From Gordius albopunctatus (lineage: Eukaryota): a stretch of DNA of 64,000 nt. The translations under genes were made by a program, and so were the position numbers. Shown here in pieces: positions 54,701-64,000 of this stretch (within the stretch, counting starts at the first letter, position 1; each line of letters begins with the position of its first letter). The notes under the pieces are model-generated. The model saw only the letters and a program-made list of their open reading frames with translations. It was not told the origin of the DNA and made no database searches. The stretch lies in NCBI GenBank assembly GCA_964276515.1, contig OZ193909.1, positions 9,548,001 to 9,612,000 of the forward strand, read 5' to 3'.

Positions 54701-57700
54701 TTCATATTCTATCAAAAGGGGGCTGAAAGAATCTTTAAAAGTTAGTAAATATTCTTAGCATCATGTCCTTGTTAGAATCCGTATGATAATTTTTGCATGG
54801 GGTGAGGTTTTAGATTGAGAGAAACTAAACTTTTCGTGTTGCGTTTAGATTGTTTCAAAATCGCTTTCTAAGCGTGTCTCTAGTTTTTGTGAATCAAACT
54901 CTATTTGATCGTGATTTAAAGTTAATAATTTTTGAGGACTGATCAAAAAATTTTTCACTAATTGACCTCTGATATCAAAAACTTTCATGACGGCTATATT
55001 GTTGAACAAAAAAATTTCAAAAAATTTTGATGTCGAAAAAAATATTTATTTTCCTATTCTTTCGAAAGGGGGATGAAAGAATCTTTAAAAGTTAGTAAAT
55101 ATTCTTAGCATCATGTCCTTGTTAGAATCCGTATGATAATTTTTGAACGGAGTGAGGTTTTAGATTGAGAGAAACTAAACTTTTCGTGTTGCGTTTAGAT
55201 TGTTTCAAAATCGCTTTCTAAGCGTGTCTCTAGTTTTTGAGAAACAAACTCTATTTGATCGTGATTTAAAGTTAAAAACTTTTGAGGACTGATCAAAAAT
55301 TTTTTTCACTAATTGACCTCTGATATCATAAACTTTCATGACGGCTATATTTTTGAACAAAAAAATTGAAAAAATTTTGATGTCGAAAAAAATATTTATT
55401 TTCATATTCTATCGAAAGGGTGCTGAAAGAATCTTTAAAATTTAGAAACTAAACTTTTCGTGTTGCGTTTAGATTGTTTCAAAATAGCTTTCTAAGCGTG
55501 TCTCTAGTTTTTGCGAAACAAACTCTATGTGATCGTGATTTAAAGTTAATAATTTTTGAGGACGATCAAAAATTTTTCACTAATTGACCTCTGATATCAA
55601 ATCTTTCATGACGGCTATATTGTTGAACAAAAAAATTTCAAAAAATTTTGATGTCGAAAAAAATATTTATTTTCCTATTCTTTCGAAAGGGGGATGAAAG
55701 AATCTTTAAAAGTTAGTAAATATTCTTAGCATCATGTCCTTGTTAGAATCCGTATGATAATTTTTGCATGGGGTGAGGTTTTAGATTGAGAGAAACTAAA
55801 CTTTTCGTGTTGCGTTTAGATTGTTTCAAAATCGCTTTCTAAGCGTGTCTCTAGTTTTTGTGAATCAAACTCTATTTGATCGTGATTTAAAGTTAATAAT
55901 TTTTGAGGACTGATCAAAAAATTTTTCACTAATTGACCTCTGATATCAAAAACTTTCATGACGGCTATATTGTTGAACAAAAAAATTGAAAAATTTTTGA
56001 AGTCGAAAAAAATATTTATTTTCATATTCTATCAAAAGGGGGCTGAAAGAATCTTTAAAAGTTAGTAAATATTCTTAGCATCATGTCCTTGTTAGAATCC
56101 GTATGATAATTTTTGCACGGGGTGAGGTTTTAGATTGAGAGAAACTAAACTTTTCGTGTTGCGTTTAGATTGTTTCAAAATCGCTTTCTAAGCGTGTCTC
56201 TAGTTTTTGAGAAACAAACTCTATTTGATCGTGATTTAAAGTTAATAATTTTTGAGGACGATCAAAAATTTTTCACTAATTGACCTCTGATATCAAATCT
56301 TTCATGACGGCTATATTGTTGAACAAAAAAATTGAAAAAATTTTGATGTCGAAAAAAATATTTATTTTCATATTCTATCAAAAGGGGGCTGAAAGAATCT
56401 TTAAAAGTTAGTAAATATTCTTAGCATCATGTCCTTGTTAGAATCCGTATGATAATTTTTGCATGGGGTGAGGTTTTAGATTGAGAGAAACTAAACTTTT
56501 CGTGTTGCGTTTAGATTGTTTCAAAATCGCTTTCTAAGCGTGTCTCTAGTTTTTGTGAATCAAACTCTATTTGATCGTGATTTAAAGTTAATAATTTTTG
56601 AGGACTGATCAAAAAATTTTTCACTAATTGACCTCTGATATCAAAAACTTTCATGACGGCTATATTGTTGAACAAAAAAATTGAAAAATTTTTGAAGTCG
56701 AAAAAAATATTTATTTTCATATTCTATCAAAAGGGGGCTGAAAGAATCTTTAAAAGTTAGTAAATATTCTTAGCATCATGTCCTTGTTAGAATCCGTATG
56801 ATAATTTTTGCATGGGGTGAGGTTTTAGATTGAGAGAAACTAAACTTTTCGTGTTGCGTTTAGATTGTTTCAAAATCGCTTTCTAAGCGTGTCTCTAGTT
56901 TTTGAGAAACAAACTCTATTTGATCGTGATTTAAAGTTAATAATTTTTGAGGACGATCAAAAATTTTTCACTAATTGACCTCTGATAGAAAAAACTTTCA
57001 TGACGGCTATATTGTTGAACAAAAAAATTGAAAAAATTTTGATGTCGAAAAAAATATTTATTTTCCTATTCTTTCGAAAGGGGGATGAAAAAATCTTTAA
57101 AATTAAGAAACTAAACTTTTCGGGTTGCGTTAAGATTGTTTCAAAATCGCTTTCTAAGCGTGTCTCTAGTTTTTGAGAAACAAACTCTATTTGATCGTGA
57201 TTTAAAGTTAAAAACTTTTGAGGACTGATCAAAAAATTTTTCACTAATTGACCTCTGATATCAAATCTTTCATGACGGCTATATTGTTGAACAAAAAAAT
57301 TGAAAAAATTTTGATGTCGAAAAAAATATTTATTTTCCTATTCTTTCGAAAGGGGGATGAAAAAATCTTTAAAATTTAGAAACTAAACTTTTCGTGTTGC
57401 GTTTAGATTGTTTCAAAATCGCTTTCTAAGCGTGTCTCTAGTTTTTGTGAAACAAACTCTATTTGATCGTGATTTAAAGTTAATAATTTTTGAGGACTGA
57501 TCAAAAAATTTTTCACTAATTGACCTCTGATATCAAAAACTTTCATGACGGCTATATTGTTGAACAAAAAAATTGAAAAATTTTTGAAGTCGAAAAAAAT
57601 ATTTATTTTCATATTCTATCAAAAGGGGGCTGAAAGAATCTTTAAAAGTTAGTAAATATTCTTAGCATCATGTCCTTGTTAGAATCCGTATGATAATTTT

Positions 57701-59990
57701 TGCACGGGGTGAGGTTTTAGATTGAGAGAAACTAAACTTTTCGTGTTGCGTTTAGATTGTTTCAAAATCGCTTTCTAAGCGTGTCTCTAGTTTTTGAGAA
57801 ACAAACTCTATTTGATCGTGATTTAAAGTTAATAATTTTTGAGGACTGATCAAAAAATTTTTCACTAATTGACCTCTGATATCAAAAACTTTCATGACGG
57901 CTATATTGTTGAACAAAAAAATTGAAAAATTTTTGAAGTCGAAAAAAATATTTATTTTCATATTCTATCAAAAGGGGGCTGAAAGAATCTTTAAAAGTTA
58001 GTAAATATTCTTAGAATCATGTCCTTGTTAGAATCCGTATGATAATTTTTGAACGGAGTGAGGTTTTAGATTGAGAGAAACTAAACTTTTCGTGTTGCGT
58101 TTAGATTGTTTCAAAATCGCTTTCTAAGCGTGTCTCTAGTTTTTGAGAAACAAACTCTATTTGATCGTGATTTAAAGTTAAAAACTTTTGAGGACTGATC
58201 AAAAATTTTTTTCACTAATTGACCTCTGATATCATAAACTTTCATGACGGCTATATTGTTGAACAAAAAAATTGAAAAAATTTTGATGTCGAAAAAAATA
58301 TTTATTTTCATATTCTATCGAAAGGGTGCTGAAAGAATCTTTAAAATTTAGAAACTAAACTTTTCGTGTTGCGTTTAGATTGTTTCAAAATAGCTTTCTA
58401 AGCGTGTCTCTAGTTTTTGCGAAACAAACTCTATGTGATCGTGATTTAAAGTTAATAATTTTTGAGGACTGATCAAAAAAATTTTTCACTAATTGACCTC
58501 TGATATCAAAAACTTTCATGACGGCTATATTGTTGAACAAAAAAATTGAAAAATTTTTGAAGTCGAAAAAAATATTTATTTTCATATTCTATCAAAAGGG
58601 GGCTGAAAGAATCTTTAAAAGTTAGTAAATATTCTTAGCATCATGTCCTTGTTAGAATCCGTATGATAATTTTTGCACGGGGTGAGGTTTTAGATTGAGA
58701 GAAACTAAACTTTTCGTGTTGCGTTTAGATTGTTTCAAAATCGCTTTCTAAGCGTGTCTCTAGTTTTTGAGAAACAAACTCTATTTGATCGTGATTTAAA
58801 GTTAATAATTTTTGAGGACGATCAAAAATTTTTCACTAATTGACCTCTGATATCAAATCTTTCATGACGGCTATATTGTTGAACAAAAAAATTGAAAAAA
58901 TTTTGATGTCGAAAAAAATATTTATTTTCATATTCTATCAAAAGGGGGCTGAAAGAATCTTTAAAAGTTAGTAAATATTCTTAGCATCATGTCCTTGTTA
59001 GAATCCGTATGATAATTTTTGCATGGGGTGAGGTTTTAGATTGAGAGAAACTAAACTTTTCGTGTTGCGTTTAGATTGTTTCAAAATCGCTTTCTAAGCG
59101 TGTCTCTAGTTTTTGTGAATCAAACTCTATTTGATCGTGATTTAAAGTTAATAATTTTTGAGGACTGATCAAAAAATTTTTCACTAATTGACCTCTGATA
59201 TCAAAAACTTTCATGACGGCTATATTGTTGAACAAAAAAATTTCAAAAAATTTTGATGTCGAAAAAAATATTTATTTTCCTATTCTTTCGAAAGGGGGAT
59301 GAAAGAATCTTTAAAAGTTAGTAAATATTCTTAGCATCATGTCCTTGTTAGAATCCGTATGATAATTTTTGAACGGAGTGAGGTTTTAGATTGAGAGAAA
59401 CTAAACTTTTCGTGTTGCGTTTAGATTGTTTCAAAATCGCTTTCTAAGCGTGTCTCTAGTTTTTGAGAAACAAACTCTATTTGATCGTGATTTAAAGTTA
59501 AAAACTTTTGAGGACTGATCAAAAATTTTTTTCACTAATTGACCTCTGATATCATAAACTTTCATGACGGCTATATTTTTGAACAAAAAAATTGAAAAAA
59601 TTTTGATGTCGAAAAAAATATTTATTTTCATATTCTATCGAAAGGGTGCTGAAAGAATCTTTAAAATTTAGAAACTAAACTTTTCGTGTTGCGTTTAGAT
59701 TGTTTCAAAATAGCTTTCTAAGCGTGTCTCTAGTTTTTGCGAAACAAACTCTATGTGATCGTGATTTAAAGTTAATAATTTTTGAGGACGATCAAAAATT
59801 TTTCACTAATTGACCTCTGATATCAAATCTTTCATGACGGCTATATTGTTGAACAAAAAAATTTCAAAAAATTTTGATGTCGAAAAAAATATTTATTTTC
59901 CTATTCTTTCGAAAGGGGGATGAAAGAATCTTTAAAAGTTAGTAAATATTCTTAGCATCATGTCCTTGTTAGAATCCGTATGATAATTTT
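51712..59990. repeat. 13-monomer higher-order repeat, 4226 bp (9 long + 4 short), ~2 copies
   Basis: ORF-track entries offset by 4226 (52285/56511, 52731/56957, 53885/58111, 55205/59431). Private marker gatagaaaaaact at ~52758 and ~56984. Confidence 0.92.
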
Positions 59991-60660
59991 TGAACGGAGT
60001 GAGGTTTTAGATTGAGAGAAACTAAACTTTTCGTGTTGCGTTTAGATTGTTTCAAAATCGCTTTCTAAGCGTGTCTCTAGTTTTTGAGAAACAAACTCTA
60101 TTTGATCGTGATTTAAAGTTAAAAACTTTTGAGGACTGATCAAAAATTTTTTTCACTAATTGACCTCTGATATCAAAAACTTTCATGACGGCTATATTGT
60201 TGAACAAAAAAATTGAAAAATTTTTGAAGTCGAAAAAAATATTTATTTTCATATTCTATCAAAAGGGGGCTGAAAGAATCTTTAAAAGTTAGTAAATATT
60301 CTTAGCATCATGTCCTTGTTAGAATCCGTATGATAATTTTTGCATGGGGTGAGGTTTTAGATTGAGAGAAACTAAACTTTTCGTGTTGCGTTTAGATTGT
60401 TTCAAAATCGCTTTCTAAGCGTGTCTCTAGTTTTTGAGAAACAAACTCTATTTGATCGTGATTTAAAGTTAATAATTTTTGAGGACGATCAAAAATTTTT
60501 CACTAATTGACCTCTGATATCAAATCTTTCATGACGGCTATATTTTTGAACAAAAAAATTGAAAAAATTTTGATGTCGAAAAAAATATTTATTTTCCTAT
60601 TCTTTCGAAAGGGTGATGAAAAAATCTTTAAAATTTAGAAACTAAACTTTTCGTGTTGCG

Positions 60661-63600
60661 TTTAGATTGTTTCAAAATCGTTTTCTAAGCCTGTCTTTAG
60701 TTTTTGTGAAACAAGTTCTATGTGATCGTGATTCTAAGTTAATAATTTTTGAGGACTGATCAAAATTTTTTTTAACGAATTCACCTCTGATACCGAAAAC
60801 TTTCACGAGGGCTATATGCTTTAACAAAAAAAATTGACAAAAATTTTGAGGACGAAAAAAATATTTATTTTCATATTATTTGGAAAGGGAAGCTGAAAAA
60901 ATCTTTAAAAGTCAGTAAATATTCTTAGCATTATGTCCTTGTTAAAATCCCGATAAGAATTTTTAAACGGGGGGAAGTTTTAGATTGAGAGAAATTAAAC
61001 TTTTCGTGTTGCGTTAAGATTGTTTCAAGATCGCTTTGTAATTTCGTCTATAGTTTTTGTGAAACAAGCTCTATGTGATGGTGAATTAAAGTAAATGATT
61101 TTTGAGGACTGATCAAAAATTTTTTTTTAACGAATTCACCTCTGATATCGAAAACTTTCATGAGGGATATATGCTTTAACAAAAAAAATTGACAAAAATT
61201 TTGAGGTCGAAAAAAATATTTATTTTCATTTATTTTCGAAAGCGGGGTGAAGAAATATTTAAAAGTTAGTAAATATTCTTAGCATTATGTCCTTGTTAGA
61301 ATCTCGATAAGATTTTTGCACTGGGGGAAGTTTTAGATTGAGAGAAATTAAACTTTTTATGTTGCGTTTAGATTGTTTCTAAATCGATTTCTAATTTCGT
61401 CTTTAGTTTTTGTGAAACAAGCTCTATGTGATTATGATTCAAAGTTAATAATTTTTGAGGACTGATCAAAAATTTTTTTAACAGAATTCACTTCTGATAT
61501 CGAAGGCTTTCATGAGGGCTATATGGTCTAACAAAAAAATTGAAAAAATTTTGAGGTCGAAAAAAATATTATTTTTCCTATTCTTTCAAAAGGGGGCTGA
61601 AAAAATCTTTAAAAGTTAGTAAATTTTCTTAGTATTATATCCTTGTTAGAATCTTGATAAGAAATTTTGCACTGGGGGAAGTTTTAGATTGAGAAAAATT
61701 AAACTTTTTATGTTGCGTTTAGATTGTTTCAAAATCGCTTTCTAAGCCTGTCTTTAGTTTTTGTGAAACAAGCTCTATGTGATTATGATTCAAAGTTAAT
61801 AATTTTTGAGGACTGATCAAAATTTTTTTTTAACGAATTCACCTCTGATATCGAAAACTTTCATGACAGCTACATGGTTGAACAAAACAAATTGACAAGA
61901 ATTTTGAGGTCGAAAAAAATATTTATTTTCATATTATTTGTAAAGGAAGCTGAAAAAATCTTTAAAAGTCAGTAAATATTCTTAGCATTATGTCCTTGTT
62001 AGAATCTCGATAAGATTTTTGCACTGGGGGAAGTTTTAGATTGAGAAAAATTAAACTTTTTATGTTGCGTTTAGATTGTTTCAAAATCGCTTTCTAAGCC
62101 TGTCTTTAGTTTTTGTGAAACAAGCTCTATGTGATTATGATTCAAAGTTAATAATTTTTGAGGACTGATCAAAATTTTTTTTTAACGAATTCACCTCTGA
62201 TATCGAAAACTTTCATGACAGCTACATGGTTGAACAAAACAAATTGACAAAAATTTTGAGGACGAAAAAAATATTTATTTTCATATTATTTGGAAAGGGA
62301 AGCTGAAAAAATCTTTAAAAGTCAGTAAATATTCTTAGCATTATGTCCTTGTTAAAATCCCGATAAGAATTTTTAAACGGGGGGAAGTTTTAGATTGAGA
62401 GAAATTAAACTTTTCGTGTTGCGTTAAGATTGTTTCAAGATCGCTTTGTAATTTCGTCTATAGTTTTTGTGAAACAAGCTCTATGTGATGGTGAATTAAA
62501 GTAAATAATTTTTGAGGACTGATCAAAAATTTTTTTTTAACGAATTCACCTCTGATATCGAAAACTTTCATGAGGGATATATGCTTTAACAAAAAAAATT
62601 GACAAAAATTTTGAGGTCGAAAAAAATATTTATTTTCATTTATTTTCGAAAGCGGGGTGAAGAAATATTTAAAAGTTAGTAAATATTCTTAGCATTATGT
62701 CCTTGTTAGAATCTCGATAAGATTTTTGCACTGGGGGAAGTTTTAGATTGAGAGAAATTAAACTTTTTATGTTGCGTTTAGATTGTTTCTAAATCGATTT
62801 CTAATTTCGTCTTTAGTTTTTGTGAAACAAGCTCTATGTGATTATGATTCAAAGTTAATAATTTTTGAGGACTGATCAAAAATTTTTCACTAATTGACCT
62901 CTGATATCAAAAACTTTCATGACGGTTATATTGTTGAACAAAGAAATTGAAAAAATTTTGATGTCGAAAAAAATATTTATTTTCCTATTCTTTCGAAAGG
63001 GGGATGAAAAAATCTTTAAAATTTAGAAACTAAACTTTTCGGGTTGCGTTTAGATTGTTTCAAAATCGCTTTCTAAGCGTGTCTCTAGTTTTTGTGAAAC
63101 AAACTCTATTTGATCGTGATTTAAAGTTAATAATTTTTGAGGACTGATCAAAAAATTTTTCACTAATTGACCTCTCTGATATCAAAAACTTTCATGACGG
63201 CTATATTGTTGAACAAAAAAATTGAAAAATTTTTGAAGTCGAAAAAAATATTTATTTTCATATTCTATCAAAAGGGGGCTGAAAGAATCTTTAAAAGTTA
63301 GTAAATATTCTTAGCATCATGTCCTTGTTAGAATCCGTATGATAATTTTTGCACGGGGTGAGGTTTTAGATTGAGAGAAACTAAACTTTTCGTGTTGCGT
63401 TTAGATTGTTTCAAAATCGCTTTCTAAGCGTGTCTCTAGTTTTTGAGAAACAAACTCTATTTGATCGTGATTTAAAGTTAATAATTTTTGAGGACGATCA
63501 AAAATTTTTCACTAATTGACCTCTGATATCAAATCTTTCATGACGGCTATATTGTTGAACAAAAAAATTGAAAAAATTTTGATGTCGAAAAAAATATTTA

Positions 63601-64000
63601 TTTTCATATTCTATCAAAAGGGGGCTGAAAGAATCTTTAAAAGTTAGTAAATATTCTTAGCATCATGTCCTTGTTAGAATCCGTATGATAATTTTTGCAT
63701 GGGGTGAGGTTTTAGATTGAGAGAAACTAAACTTTTCGTGTTGCGTTTAGATTGTTTCAAAATCGCTTTCTAAGCGTGTCTCTAGTTTTTGTGAATCAAA
63801 CTCTATTTGATCGTGATTTAAAGTTAATAATTTTTGAGGACTGATCAAAAAATTTTTCACTAATTGACCTCTGATATCAAAAACTTTCATGACGGCTATA
63901 TTGTTGAACAAAAAAATTGAAAAATTTTTGAAGTCGAAAAAAATATTTATTTTCATATTCTATCAAAAGGGGGCTGAAAGAATCTTTAAAAGTTAGTAAA
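60661..64000. repeat. C/B block duplicated from ~25.36-28.70 kb
   Basis: Constant offset 35,298: cgttttctaa 25381/60679, taacagaatt 26181/61479, gacctctctg 27871/63169, ORF 28449/63747. Confidence 0.88.

Larger units (their letters stand above)
36960..60660. repeat. Subfamily B domain: homogeneous long (~349 bp) and short (~273 bp) monomers interspersed
   Basis: Diagnostic k-mers are cactaattgacctc (no EcoRI site), gacggctatattgttg, catcatgtcc, tagaatccgtatgat, ggggtgagg and acaaactctat. The short junction reads aaaatttagaaac or aaaattaagaaac. Confidence 0.93.
1..64000. repeat. AT-rich tandem satellite DNA array (monomer ~350 bp plus ~273 bp deletion variant), probably (peri)centromeric or heterochromatic
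   Basis: The motif tcc(t/a)tgtta recurs at 1, 352, 705, 1058, 1408, 1757, 2106, 2455, 2804 and onward. The core ttagattgtttcaaaatcgctttctaa...tttgaggactgatcaaaa recurs to the window end in one orientation with no intervening unique DNA. The (peri)centromeric location is inference. Confidence 0.99.

Noticed and set aside
39790..59990. Near-identical HOR copies as pure assembly artefacts
   Set aside because: Not adopted as the explanation, because several duplicated blocks elsewhere differ by private variants (e.g. ~19271, ~31175, ~35100, ~38645) and by nested indels. It cannot be excluded for the 3376 and 4226 bp pairs without reads.
15546..63956. About 39 minus-strand ORFs of 66-95 aa (MKINIFFD..., MKNFLISP...)
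   Set aside because: They are translations of the B monomer. They are F/K/I/N-rich from A/T runs, switch frame with homopolymer length, are broken in neighbouring copies and resemble no domain I recognise.
1..64000. CRISPR-like array or repeat-plus-variable-cassette system
   Set aside because: There are no unique spacers; the whole monomer is repeated with only SNPs and small indels. No cas, recombinase or reverse transcriptase genes are present.
1..64000. Tandem 5S rRNA, tRNA, snRNA or spliced-leader gene array
   Set aside because: No recognisable RNA gene sequence, cloverleaf or Pol III box arrangement, and the unit is very AT-rich.

Overview
The whole 64 kb window is one uninterrupted, head-to-tail, single-orientation array of an AT-rich tandem satellite. 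I see no genes, RNA genes, transposon insertions, inversions or unique spacers. The main monomer is about 347-353 bp. A second monomer of about 270-274 bp, lacking one 76-bp segment, first appears at about 16.1 kb. Diagnostic variants define three monomer subfamilies (my labels A, B and C, where C is a diverged A-like type). They are arranged in domains: pure A at 1-15.5 kb, mixed B/C at about 15.5-27.6, 31.2-37.0 and 60.7-62.9 kb, and pure B at about 37-60.7 kb. On top of this are many short-lived higher-order repeats (about 1410, 3161, 3522, 2568, 3709, 3376 and 4226 bp; 2-3 copies each) and long-range block duplications (offsets 15,662, 13,094/13,082, 10,343 and 35,298 bp). The architecture is typical of eukaryotic centromeric or pericentromeric heterochromatin. 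I cannot identify the species or satellite family, and centromere function cannot be shown from sequence. All listed ORFs are by-products of the repeat. I found no evidence of a new protein- or RNA-based system; the interest lies in array architecture and mutational history. Offsets were measured by hand from marker variants and the ORF track, so block boundaries are approximate.
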